A program made the position numbers and the translations under genes. Shown here piece by piece: positions 39,554 to 52,189 of a DNA stretch of 64,000 bases (the first letter of the stretch is position 1; every line of letters begins with the position of its first letter). A model generated the notes under the pieces. The model did no database searches, was not told where the DNA came from, and saw nothing but the letters and a program-made list of their open reading frames with translations. Source of the stretch: Podarcis bocagei (taxonomy: Eukaryota); assembly GCA_964188305.1 (NCBI GenBank), contig OZ076898.1; one strand, written 5' to 3'.

Positions 39554-42287
39554 GTGAGGTTGCAAGATCAGCAAGGGACAGTTGGGTGCCCATTGATCCT
39601 CTCACCCACTAAGCTATTTTCACATCCATTACTGTCAATTTCTTTGTCCAGAGAGTAAGCTCTTCCCTCCCTCCACATCACTCTCCTTTCACCCAGGACT
39701 GTGAATAATCTTTGATCACACGACACCTGTATGCAGAAATCAGCATCCTTAGAATCTCACCATTCTTTTTCCCCTCAGAAAGCAGCAACCATTTCCAGCC
39801 TTTATGGCTGTGAAGGTAAGCATGGAAGTGTATGTGCAGACAATGACTTATACGGTCTCAAAAGCAAAAGGTGGGGTCTCTGCAAGTTTTCTAGTGGTCT
39901 AAAGATGGGGCTATTCTTTGCCATTCTGCTGTGACTAAATTATACAAAAGAAGTCAGTACTGTATATGCAGGTTTTCATAGTACAAATCACAGACTTTGG
40001 GTTACCTTAACACAGAAAATAATGTATACACCCGTCTACATTTTCCCCTTTCCCTAGCTATTAATTTATGGTTGTGTACATACAGGTGGTGACCATTCTG
40101 TGTGGTGGTTCCATTCCCAGCCCCCATGTGCATCAGCACAGCGTTCATCAGCATGCCCGGCCCTTTATGCCCCTGGTCTTCCCTCTTCTGGATCCAAAAG
40201 GACCCATGTGCCAGCGATCGCATGTCAACTGGATGAGCCTAAAGTGGTTACCACCTGTACATGCCTAGCCTGAATAGTAGGGGTCACTGTGGGACTGATA
40301 TGAGGAAAACCAGTTCTGCCTGTCTGCAGCAGAAGCTGGATGCACAGAGCTAATTATCTGGAACAATTTTTCAACTTTTAAAAAATTGTGTTGACGGTCT
40401 TTTAAAATTAAGGTGAAAAATTAATGTTCAGGTGAATGAATCTATTTGCTGCACTTCAAAAAATTAAAAGGGAGGTTGGCACCGTACCTGAGCAATCAAG
40501 TAGAACAGTACCAGAGAGACTAGCATATTTGCATTTTATTTGCTGGTTACTACATCCATCAAACAAAATGCGATATCTACCGGTAGCTCACTTGCAGAAG
40601 AAAAAAATGCAGGAAGTCCTATTTCAACATTATGTCCGACTCCATTGCTTTCTCTATATCCCTCTCATTTCTATGCTGGATTCTCAGTGACTAACTCCTA
40701 AAGATGGGTGTTGAGGTTTGAGCCATACTACTTTATTTTAAAGCCCTGCTTTCTGCCACCAGATTGGCTGTGGTTACTAGGTAAGGAAAGAGGAGCATAC
40801 TCATCATATCTTGTTATGTCTATACTACAAATTTAAACTGGTGTCAAGCCTTTTAAATGGTTCTGGCTTACAGAGGGAAACCTGGGGCACGGTATTTCTA
40901 TGATATGGCTGGGAAGACTAACAAAGGCTTGCTGGCACACTACAGACCACATTCCACAAGGAGGAGGGGAAGCCTGGTAGTTAAGAGATTTCAAAATTGA
41001 TTAAATTTGTAGTGTAGTGATGACGTTAACAGGCCATTCCCCTGGCTTTCAAAACAGATTCTCATTGCTAAAGCACAAATTGAGTTCTTTATAGTTCTCA
41101 TTTGCATATGTTGATCACTTTAAATGCAGATTAAAAATTGCTGCCGCCTAGCACTGAGGCTAAGTTTGTTTTGCTTTTAATCACTCAGCCAGGTGGCAAA
41201 AATCCCACCCTACTCTCTGATTCCTCTACCTGGAGAGTTTCCATTGTCTCTTTTTTGATCTTCACTATGTCAGTTTCTCCACTTGTATTTATCTCCTCCT
41301 CCTCTCACCGTATCCTCCTCTCTGCTTCCCTCCATTCACTGCCACAGTGATCCATCTCTGAAATAAATGACCTACTATGAAAGATAGGCTCAGGGCTGGT
41401 GGGAGAATGCATATGCTAGACAGGGTAGAAATGCACTCTTTGTTAATAGCAGAAGGCTCTCCATGGTGGAGAGTGATCTGGAGTAGCAGTTGGGGTGGAA
41501 GATTGTGTGCATGTGAAGGATAGGAGGGAAAGAATTCCAGTTCCCTGGTGTTCATCATTCCCTGGTACAGGAAGACAGTCTTATAACAAGAGGTCCTTCA
41601 CAATCGAGGGATATGGGATACCATCAGGAATACACTCCAGGGTTTTCCAAAGTGTGGGCTGTGACCCCATGAATATCACTGAGACGGAGAAATGGGGTGA
41701 GGAATCTGTGAGACTAGTTACCTGTACTCAGGGGAGAAGAGCTGTGTAGCAGCAGCCAGGATGGGGCAGGGTGAATGGTGCATGTAGAAAATCAATCATG
41801 GGGTGAAGTGACATGAGGAGCTGGTGAGCAGAGAAAAGTGATGTTGTAGGTGGTGCTAGAGCTAATTACCCCCAGTGAGATTTCTAGGCTATGGGTTGGA
41901 AAGTAACTGCACTTTCATGGAACTGGAGAAACCGTTCTTTATGATATTCTATAAAGAACTGCAAAAAGAGCACCCCCAAAAAAGAGAGAGCATTATGACT
42001 GCAATACTTTATCACACAGAGGAAGTCCTGATGGGTTTCACAAGGAGCATGCAATACAGATGACTTTTACACTCTTCTTTGTGGATCCCCTCCGCCCCTC
42101 CACCCCCCAGGGAAGGAGGGGTAGTATGCACTGAGCCTGCCCCCAGGCTAGTACTCGGGTTCATCATGGTCCCCACCATATTTCCCATGCAGGTCTTACA
42201 GCAACAGTATTCCTCCCTGTAGTTTGGCAGTTGTGCTACAGTTCCAACAGCCCCCTTATTTATCCCTCTTTCTCCAATTCGCTCCAG

Positions 42288-43730
42288 GGCATGTACAGCT
42301 GTTGCAGCAGTGAAGACCCCAAAGTCCCAGATCAGCAGCAGCTACCCATCCTTAACCACACCTACGGGCCGTCGCGAGGTGCAGCCCCAGCGTTGCCCAG
42401 CCCCCCTGGCCCTCCACTTCCCTGTTCTAGCTTCCTGCCTCGTGAACGGCGCATTGTGGAACGGTGGCGCCACGCTCGTAGTCCCAATTGCTACAAGGAT
42501 CTATACCCTCCGACGCCTACAGAGCTCCCCACAACCAAACCCCCACGCCATAGCCTCAAGAGCCCTTTCTCAGATGGCTTCCACCGGTTCTATGGGCCCA
42601 TTGAACCAGAAGGGCTGTCCGATCACGTCAGTGGCAAAAAGATGGCGCCCTGTCAGCTGTCTCCGCCACCACCCTCCCGGGGGCTGGAAAATCCTCCCTC
42701 ATATTTTGCCATCGTGCGTGAGAAAGAAACTCCCGACATGCCACCGGTGGCATCGGGCTGGCAACGCAAATCCCTTCGTGGGTTGTATGAAAGTTTCCAA
42801 GCCGGGAAAGCGGCAAGCCGAGCCCCAGAAGTGAAGAAATATGATGGCTCCTCCAGTGGCTATGCGACCAAAAGCCCTTGTGAGTTGGAACGGGGCAGCA
42901 GTCGGCCTTTTGGGAAAGAACGGGGTCGGTATGGCTACACACGGCTGTCCTATGAGGATGAACGCTCCCCACCTGTTTCCCGCTACAGACATGCCGAAGA
43001 GACATCTCTGCCTCGAGCCGAGACAGAAGTCAAATGCCCGACATCATCCAGCCGAGAGAGGAGCTCCCGGGCTCACATTTGCCGCAGTCATTCCCACCCG
43101 CTTGCCGTAGGTGCCAGCTTGCGCAGCCAAAGTCATTATGTGGATTTTTCTGACTCTGATTCTGACATCTGTGAGAGGGACAGTGATGGGCATAGCTGCT
43201 GGTACCAGTCGCCGGATTATTTCTGCACATACCCGTCCCGAGAGAGGCAGCTCTTTGCCACGCATAAGCCCCTGCACTACTGGTCAGCCGACAAGTTGGC
43301 CAAGTGCCACGGATGCCACGGTCCCTGCCAGCACTGCCTGAGCTTGGAAATGCTCCCGCCACCCACCCCACCATGCCGCAAGGAGGCTTTGCGCTACTTG
43401 AGCTGTTCTGAGGAGCGTCTGGAACGCCGGCTGGACTGGGAGCACCGCCACTGTAGCCTGTATGGATGCCTGGCTCCTCGCCACCGCCACGGCTTTCACC
43501 GACGCTGCCATCACCATTCCTGCGAGCTGGGGCCAGCTGGCGGAGTTCTACATCCCACCTCCCGTAGCCTGGAGGACCTCAGCTCTTGCCACATGGTGCG
43601 CTGCGGGGCCTCCCATCGACACCAGGGCGGCTTCTCGCCGGAGTGGCTGCCACGCCGGGTGAGCAGAAGCGGGGAGCTTTTTGCCCGCCGTGGTTCTGCC
43701 CATTTCTCTAGCCTGGAGTCAGAGGTATGA
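42288..43730 (+). CDS. GRIN2D: GluN2D coding exon 12 (cytoplasmic C-terminal domain, 480 aa)
   Basis: ctccag|GGC ATG TAC; GMYSCCS...PPSY motif...SRSLEDLSSC...RRGSAHFSSLESEV, then TGA. Confidence 0.96.
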   Translation, partial: GMYSCCSSEDPKVPDQQQLPILNHTYGPSRGAAPALPSPPGPPLPCSSFLPRERRIVERWRHARSPNCYKDLYPPTPTELPTTKPPRHSLKSPFSDGFHRFYGPIEPEGLSDHVSGKKMAPCQLSPPPPSRGLENPPSYFAIVREKETPDMPPVASGWQRKSLRGLYESFQAGKAASRAPEVKKYDGSSSGYATKSPCELERGSSRPFGKERGRYGYTRLSYEDERSPPVSRYRHAEETSLPRAETEVKCPTSSSRERSSRAHICRSHSHPLAVGASLRSQSHYVDFSDSDSDICERDSDGHSCWYQSPDYFCTYPSRERQLFATHKPLHYWSADKLAKCHGCHGPCQHCLSLEMLPPPTPPCRKEALRYLSCSEERLERRLDWEHRHCSLYGCLAPRHRHGFHRRCHHHSCELGPAGGVLHPTSRSLEDLSSCHMVRCGASHRHQGGFSPEWLPRRVSRSGELFARRGSAHFSSLESEV

Positions 43731-44969
43731 CCAGCAACAGGTGGGGTGGGGGTGGGGGTGGGGAAAGAGGCTTCAGATGGGACAGCAGGAAACAAAAGAC
43801 TGAGCTGTAGTTGAGCTCACACAGTGGGGACTGAGGTGGTGCAGATGGCGCTGTGGTTCAACCGAATGGAAAGAAGGGAGGACCACGAAGATGACTGCAG
43901 AGAGGGGGAAGCAGAACAGTGCCACAAGTGAACCCACCAAGACAAAGGGCATGCCACCAGGATGCCACCAGGAATATATGTGATAGGACCACATCTCCCT
44001 GCCACAGAAAAGGGGAAGTGTTCAACCAAAAGAGTATCACAGATTAAACAGTGGGGACTGGAACCACCAATAATCCCATTAAAAAACCCAGGGGAGTGGA
44101 GATGATATGTCAGAGAGGGGTAACACCCTGAGACTGCTACCCCAAGTGCCACCAGAATAGCTCCCTGTGACAAAACACCCAGTCCCATCCACCAGCCAAT
44201 TTACAGCAGGGGGTAGAGGGGAACTGGTCTCTCCTGTGTATCCATAACAGACCTTTTATATCCAGAAAAAGGGCTTTTCTGCCACCCTGTGGCACATCGA
44301 TGGGGTAGTTTCCTGTGGCCAGGGGCAATTGGCTACTGCAACAGCAGGGATGTTACTCTCTGAACAAAACCCGAGAGAGTGCCAATGAAATGAACCAATC
44401 ATGAACCTGGAGAGAGTCTGTGTCCCCATGTAGACTGGCAGCAGGGGGGAAGTGCCATCAGTCAGGCTCCAGAGGGGGTGGGGAGGGGCTTGGACAACAA
44501 TAACCACAAAACTGTCTGGACTTCTGGGTGGGAGGGGATGTTAGGAGACAAAACTGTGACTTTGTTCAACAGAAAACTGTGATATTTCCCCCCCCTGCAC
44601 ATTTCCCTCTTCTCCCTTCTTGCTTTCTTTGCTCTTCTTAACCACCACCTTCTTTCTCCTTCCCCCCTGCTTTAATCTTGCAATCATGCACCCATTCTGA
44701 TAGAGATAGCAACACATGCAAACATCATGGATGCTGAAATGAGAAAACACACACACACTTGTGCGCTGTAATGGGCAAAAGCAATCACTGCCCCCCAAAC
44801 CACATAGACAAACCAGTCCCATGACTGAAAGTGTCTGTTTCACACATCCTACATCAGTGCACCAAAGCTCTCCGTATTAAGAGAGCTATTGCAGAAAATG
44901 ACAGAAAACATGACTATATAGACTGAAAGGGCACCTGCACTTCAAACCAAACAAAATTAAATCTAATAG

Positions 44970-44975
44970 AATAAA
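44970..44975 (+). terminator. Candidate polyadenylation signal of GRIN2D
   Basis: First AATAAA I found after the stop codon (about 1.24 kb of 3'UTR), with ATTAAA just upstream. Later AATAAA copies also exist (about 48286, 48368, 48690). Confidence 0.3.
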
Positions 44976-46814
44976 AACCTCATTCAACAGATAATATACT
45001 GTATATTCTCATCACCAAAATTACCACACACCATCTTAATGCTGGTTGCTCTAAGCTGGGAAGCTGGAACACTGGATGTGAGAGTGATTATAAAACTTAT
45101 TTCCATGCTTCCTGCTTGAGGGGGGAACTGTGCATCCCCCATTGCAGGGAAAGATAAATGTGCTCCCAATGCAGGTACATCTTGCGCACCTTTCCACAGA
45201 GAAGATACACAAGTTCTCCTTTTGCTGGAGACTGCTGATGAGTGGGAAGGCGGACCTTAAAGCCAGCTGAAAGCCCAGTCTCTGCACTATTCTGGAAAAT
45301 GCCCAGCCTTAGAATTTTGCAAGTTTCTAGGAGAAACTTTTGCAAATATGAGAAGCCAAGTGTACTTAAGTAGCAGGTCTGAAGGAAGAGTTTTTCACTC
45401 AGCTTGCAAATGATCTGAGATCCACTGCAACATGATGTGGCTATTAATTGGCAAACTGAGCTATTTCTTTTCTGGGGAAAAAACAACAACAATGAGACAA
45501 AACTCATGGAAGACAGGAATATAAATGGTTAGTAGATAAGATGGGAATCTTGGCATGGTTCTAAACCTTAAGACAGCAAGAATCCAGAAGAGAAAAGGGA
45601 GAACAGGGTATTCTTTTATTATATTTCATCTCTAGAATGTTTGGAACGTTCCCTAAAGCAGAGGTCAGTAACATAAAGTCCATGGGCAGCATTACAGATT
45701 AACTCAAGTTTTGGGGGCAAACTAGAGTTGAAGGCAGCAAACCCATATGATACAACCAGGCCGCTGCCAAGTCCAACATCACAACCACTTCTCCATAAGC
45801 AGTGTTCCCCTGATGGGGTGAAACCAGAAGTAATAGCTACCAGGAAAAAGGCAGCTCAGGAGACGTGGTGGTGGTAATAGGGTCACGGGCAGGAAAAATG
45901 TTCAGCATTCACCTTCCACCTGTGCTGCACTCTTTTTCTCATCCTGCCCCTGCTCTATGGGAATTTGGCACAACCCACATTTCAACACAAGGGTCATGGC
46001 ATGAAGCAGTCATGTCATTTTGCCCCTTACCCAAGGCTCTCAGTCTTCTCCAGAAACCTTGAAAATGAGGATTCTGGGGAAATCAGAAAGACCATGCACA
46101 TGAAACAAAGCCTTGCCAGGGCCACGGGTGGCTTGTAGACTGTGTGTCACCAGTCCCAGCCCCTCTCGGAGACATAGCCAGTGCTGTGTGTGCTACAATT
46201 CCAGGCAAGTGCCAATTTGGTGTTAGGCACGGAATGTTGCACTCTGCAAATCTAATTTTTGCAAGATCAGTTTGAAGTGCTCAGCAGGTCTGAAGGCAGG
46301 TCTGGCTACAGGCTTTAGAGGGCCCTCAACAAAGTGTCCTCTGCTGGGGCAGGGGCCGTGCATTGGTGGCCATAGGCTTCCTTAGCAGCCACAAGCATCT
46401 ACAAGGCACCATTTTAAACTTCCCATAGTGCTCCTGTTGCAGCATAGCAGGAAGTTTAACATGGCATCCCACAGACCCAGCCAGTTGACGCTGGCGGACC
46501 CTGGAAAGTGCTAGACTGCTCAAAGGACGCCACAAGGTGAGGCTGGGCTTACCAGATTTGTAGGCATCTCCAGGGCCCAGAGGGTGGTCTCTTAAGTGCT
46601 CTGTGGCACTTCTCTCTCTGTGAAAAGCAGAAACAGAATGAAGCAACAAAGCAAAGAAAGCCACTTGTTTCTTTAATCTGTCAGCTTTCCTCGGCACTGT
46701 GCAGCAGCTACCCTGGCACACAATTTCAATGGACCACAGAGCAGACACAGGTCCCGGCCACCACTTTGACCCAGTAAAGCAGCAGCACCTCTCCTCTCAT
46801 CCATCCTCCCCTAG

Positions 46815-47135
46815 CCAAGTGAGGCTTGTGCTCAGCAAGGCCTCGTTTGAAGTGCTGTGTTTGGTTTTGAGCACCTCAGTTCGAGCAGGATGTTGACAAA
46901 TTGAAAAAGATTCAGAGGAGAGCTGCAAGGATGATCAAAGGTCTGGAAGGCAAGTCATATGTGGAGATGCTGAAGTAACTGGGTCTGTTTAGCCTCGAGA
47001 AAAATAAGATGAAGGGGGCGGGGGAAGAGAGAGAGAGAGAGATGTTGACAGTTTTCAAATATTTAAAAAGGCGTTGGAAAGCAGAGGGAGAGAACAGCAG
47101 ATGGAGAGGACATAAAACAATGAGCTTTAAGTGTA
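46815..47135 (+). mobile_element. CR1 ORF2 3' fragment
   Basis: gatgttgacaaattgaaaaagattcagaggagagctgcaaggatgatcaaaggtctggaa encodes DVDKLKKIQRRAARMIKGLE. Confidence 0.8.
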
Positions 47136-49950
47136 TAGATCTGGCCACATCCTGTCAGGCTGGCATTACTGAGCTGCAAAGGGGAAAAGGAGCAAAGATC
47201 CTCACCGTGTCTGGTCACAGGAATTGTGAGGGAACTCTGGTGGAACCAGTGAATCCTCTTTTTTACTGAGGTGCTAGCATTTTTGCGAAAAAAGTCCAGA
47301 AATGAAGTCCTGATGAGGGGGGCAGTACTGGGATAAGGCCCAGACCGCTTCTGGGAAAACCAGCTGGTGCTGGCACACCCCTAATTATTCAGCCACCAAA
47401 CAAGCCGGCAGGTCTCCTATCTGCTGAGGAGACTTTAAGTGTACAGGATGTCCTGTCTCAGGGCTGGAGTTGGATCCAAGGGTCTCTAGAGTCCCTCGCA
47501 ACTCTAAAAGTTATCCAATACAGTGGCAAGAAGAGTGGCATGGTCCCAGGTGCCAGAGTCACATACAGTCACTCCCAAAATGGTGCACACACTGCCAACA
47601 GTGAACTGCAGGGAGGGGAGGGGGAACACACTCCCAATCACACAGCCACAGTCAAGCACAAAGGCATACAAGCACACACCAAACAATCACGCCTGCAGGT
47701 AGAGAAACGAGCCTCTGCATATAAAACCCACCATTGCGCAAAACAGACTTAATGTGCCGCTTAATGGAGCTTGCACAGCAAAAAAAGGTACCACAATTTT
47801 TTAAAACAAACAAACAAACAAACATTGCAAGCACACAGCCTCCATCTCAGATACAGGTAGGCAGGATTGAAGCCACACAAGCATTTCAAAGGAACCCACA
47901 ATCACACATGTATACAAATCACACCGACAGAGGCGTTTGCAAAAAGCAGCCGTGCCAGGACTGCGGCACACTTGACGTTTTTTCCCCGGCGTGGAGATAA
48001 GGGTAACACCATTGCTTGCCTTGTGGCAGGACTGTGGGCCTAATGGTTTAGGAAGCGACGTCACGTGTGAAGTGGCCCCTGAGTCTATAGCAGCAAGGGG
48101 TGGTGCCAGGAAGGGCAATGTGTTTGTTGAGATGCGCATCTTTTGTAAGCAAAATCTGCTAAAAATTTCACTAAGTGTGCACAGGACCCATCGACACGGA
48201 GATCTAAGGCCATAGGAACTGTAGCATACATGAAAATGTGTGACATAAAATGCACCACAGAAGAGGTGCACCCCCCCAAACCTCCAATAAATGAACACTG
48301 AGATACAACTACATGTGCAGAATCGGGACCACATGCAGTCTCCCTCACAAGTAAACTAACAACCATAAATAAACCCATAATAACCTCAGACTCACACTCC
48401 CAACCTTGCTTTCTCTTTCTCTCTCTTTGTGTCTCTTTGTCCCTTTTCCTATTTTGGGGGGGCAATTTAGTAATAACTTTAGAACTGCTGTTTTAGGGAG
48501 CGGGCTATGTGGGTGGGGGTGGTCTTTCTTGGAATGGGTGGGGTTTCGCTGGGGTGGGGTGGGGAAGTGGGACCATGGGGCAGCGCCCCACGACAGAATG
48601 GGGCAGGGTTTGGGTGGGGCAGGGACCCAGGCATCCGGATGGGGGGGAGGGGCTAGGTTTTTCGATACTATTTTAGGGCGTTCATAAGAAATAAAGGCTT
48701 TTTTAATCCCGCTCAGACCTTGCCCCAGTGTGGTTTCTCTGCGTGTGTGCATATTTGGGGAAGCTTTCTTATTTAAGGTTTGCATTCCTTTCTTTCTATA
48801 CTGATGAGTCACAAAAAACAAGGCAAGCTCCCCCCATCCTCTCTTCACCCACCTCCCTCTAACAAACCGCCGGCCTTGTTTCAATCTCACAAAACAGCAG
48901 AAAACAAAAATAAGAAGAGGAACCAAGGAAAAAGAAGGAGCAGGTAATTTGCTTACATTAAGAACCAAACTATAGGTGGTGTTGATCACATACATAGTTT
49001 GTCCTTGAGTGCACAATTTTTATTTCATAAATAGCCAGCAGGAGTTCCTCCACTGCAATTCAATGCAGATTGGGCCCCTGCAAGGCCTTCCCCCACTCAT
49101 GTAAATTGCAGCCATGCCTCCCCCCTTCCAATGGAGACTGCAGTGAGCTAAACAGCACTTATGCCCCACTCTCCAGAGTCTCAGTCTTGATTTCTAAAAG
49201 AAAAATCATGCACTCAGGGGCAAATCATGTGATTAATGTCATGGATAGTTTGGCACTTCATCCCAAAAAATAAGCAAAGATAATACCAGATTTTCTTAAT
49301 GTGGCTCTCCTTGGCACAAAATATGGAGTCTGGAATTTTTAGCTGTTCAGTGCCACAACTTTACAGTTAAATGTTTCCCAAGTCCCCATTAAGAAGTCTA
49401 GAGGAAGAGCCATAGGGTGGCTTGCTTTAGACAAGGCAGCGCTGGAGACTTGTGACATCTATTTAACATCTGCTTGTTTATAAGTATGCAAGCAGACCCT
49501 CCAGACTCGTGTTTTATTGTGGATGTATTCTGCAACATGTCCTTAACACAATAATAGTAAATTAACGGTGGATTTTGTCTGTTTTGTTGGTTGTTCTGTG
49601 ATGCCTTCCCAGTGTTATGGCTGTCTGAAAGGGCTACAGAGCAATAGAAGTGGGACAAAAATTAACCAGATTTGTGGAATAAAGTTATGAGATTTCAGCA
49701 GGATGTTACAGGGCATGCACTGACTGGAAATGAAGCAATATGACCACTCCAGAACTTTTTGCAGGCATAAATAGTATCGAAAGCAGGATCACGCATGACG
49801 ACCCTGATAGCATCATGAACGCACAAGAAAAGGGATTTTTGAAGCAGGCAGCTCTACCACCAATTCGGCATGAAATATCCAAAGAGCAACTGTACCTCTC
49901 TTAGCCATGCCCCAGCTTTAAAAAACAAATAAATCTCACAGCTCTCTCTG

Positions 49951-50190
49951 AGGGCTTATCCACACTTACCTTTTGCCCTAGAGCTTTCATGGAGATTCCC
50001 CATGAAAAACTGCTCTTTAGCGCTTAATTGGAATAAACAGCAGATTGAGGTTTGCTACAATTGAGCGCTAAAGAGTGGGTTTTCACAGGGGAAAGCTCTG
50101 GAACAAAAATAATGATGCCTAGACACGTAGCTTTAAAGTACAGACCTTGCCTGTAAAGAGCGGGGAGAGAGCTAAGTATGGATAAGCCCT
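49951..50190. mobile_element. Palindromic MITE (PIF/Harbinger-like termini)
   Basis: TIRs agggcttatccacactta / taagtatggataagccct (17/18) plus an internal inverted repeat ctctttagcgcttaattg / caattgagcgctaaagag. Confidence 0.75.
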
Positions 50191-50464
50191 GTCTCTGTTC
50201 CAGTTCAAACTTGCTGGTTTCCCTTTCCCTGCCAGGGTGTCACCTTCCAACATAAGTGGGGGAAAGACCTTTCCCTTCATCAAGCAACATATTTTTTAAA
50301 ATTCTGTTCCTGACCATCCATAACCTGCCCAGTGATAGGCCCATTCCTAATAAACAAGATTTTCCAAAACCTTAACAATGCAGTCCGGCCTCTTACAGTA
50401 CATGACACTCCACTGTATACCTTGAGTGTGTTGATTTAACCTATAACAACACATAGCATTGGCA

Positions 50465-50525
50465 GAATCATAGAATTGTACAGTTGGAAGGAACCCAAAG
50501 GGTCATCTGGTCCAACCCCCTGCAA
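50465..50525 (-). mobile_element. CR1 3' tip
   Basis: gaatcatagaattgtacagttggaaggaacccaaagggtcatctggtccaaccccctgca. Confidence 0.75.
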
Positions 50526-50842
50526 CCAAGCAAGACTGGATTATCCATGGTGCAATTGGAACAATGGCACCAGGGCCCATGTCTGCAAGGCAGCACAGAG
50601 TTTGAACTCTCCCCCCCCCCAAAAAAAAGTACATCCCTAGTCCTTTGGGAAGAGACGTTATAAATCATAATGTTCAGGGTACCAACCTGACTGAAGATAA
50701 TATTTTACAGAAGTTGGGGGTGGGGAGGGGAAGGGGAAACAGGTTTCATATTACTCTGCAGAGTGTTTCAAGAAGTCAGAAGGGCCCCCGCTTCCACACT
50801 TGCTGGCTGAGAAGTAGCCCTCTCCCCTTCACTTTAGAGGGT

Positions 50843-51104
50843 AGAAGAAGAAGAAGAAGAAGAAGAGTTTGGATTTGATACCCCGCCTTTCACTCCCCTT
50901 CAGGAGTCTCAAAGCGGCTAACATTCTCCTTTCCCTTCCTCCCCCACAACAAACACTCTGTGAGGTGAGTGGGGCTGAGAGACTTCAGAGAAGTGTGACT
51001 GGCCCAAGGTCACCCAGCAGCTGCATGTGGAGGAGCGGAGACGCGAACCCGGTTCACCAGATTAGGAGACTACCGCTCTTAACCACTACACCACACTGGC
51101 TCTC
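50843..51104 (-). mobile_element. Young full-length Squam3-like SINE with (TTC)n tail
   Basis: The minus strand begins gagagccagtgtggtgtagtggttaagagcgg (A box)...gggttcgcgtctcc (B box), retains CpGs, and ends in (TTC)n. Confidence 0.85.
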
Positions 51105-51234
51105 TACTCTACAAGGTGGCTGCCTATGCACCTTTTGGGGGGGGTTAGAGGGGATTTGGGGGCTAAAGAAGGCAATGCAGTGATGGCAGAAGTGGAAATG
51201 GGGGTGTGTGGAATATATATTTGTAAGTAGTGTT

Positions 51235-51384
51235 NNNNNNNNNNNNNNNNNNNNNNNNNNNNNNNNNNNNNNNNNNNNNNNNNNNNNNNNNNNNNNNNNN
51301 NNNNNNNNNNNNNNNNNNNNNNNNNNNNNNNNNNNNNNNNNNNNNNNNNNNNNNNNNNNNNNNNNNNNNNNNNNNNNNNNNNNN
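51235..51384. other. Assembly gap (150 N)
   Basis: Run of N; the true length is unknown. Confidence 1.
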
Positions 51385-52189
51385 AATGAAACTCATTGCT
51401 AAACGTGTGTTTTAAATATTATTTGATGGAGATACCTTTGATCAGGCATGTTTATACCCAGTGCAGACCACTGGAAAGTGGGAAAAGGTTTTGTTTTGTT
51501 TTTTAGGAACATAGGGGTCTAAAACTCAATAATCAAACCAGACTAAAAGTGGTTGAAGCCTCGGAGCTGTAATAATTAATCTGTGAAGGATGTGTGTGCA
51601 GAAAAACACAACCCCTTATTGAACAAAGATGCATCAGTTTAGTCAAAGGAACCAACATTTGATGTCTATGATACAAGCACTAAGTTCCCTTTTGCAGCCA
51701 TTTTGCACCACCTAAATCTTCACAACAACCATTGAGGTATTTTAGGCTGAGAGTTGGTGACGGGTCAAAGGCAGAAAGTAAGTAAAAACAGTGATGAGTT
51801 AAGTACACATGCCCAGAGTATTTTTGTTTGTTTGTTTATTAAGATTGGCGCACACACACACACATGTTTGCAGTTTGCTGACAACTACCTTAATCCAGCC
51901 TTGCAGCTAAACCATATCTCTGGAGGCTTGAGACTGGATAGGAGGATGAACCTCAGCAGATGTAGCATTTAATTCCCTGGCTTGAGAGCAAGGTGGAATC
52001 TCAGAGTCCAGGCTGTCAGCCTCAATCTCTTCTATTTTCAAAGTGAATTCCAACTTTTTTTCCTAGCAGGGATTTTTGCGTTTTACCAGTCGAAGTTCAA
52101 CAGCTGTAACTTTCCAAGCATGGAGATGCAGTGATGGGAAAAGCTTCTCCTGAAGCATTCTAAGGTGTTGGTATATTGATCTGTTTTAT

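Noticed and set aside
43305-43319. CxxCH (CHGCH) heme-c attachment motif
   Set aside because: The segment is cytoplasmic, where no cytochrome c maturation machinery acts. It is explained by a 9-bp duplication.
42310-43795. Overlapping alternative-frame and antisense ORFs in the last exon
   Set aside because: Expected in GC-rich coding DNA; no recognisable products.
48345-49016. 223-aa minus-strand ORF
   Set aside because: No recognisable domain, low-complexity composition and a non-ATG start; consistent with chance.
51163-51415. ORFs containing X runs
   Set aside because: Artefacts of the N gap.
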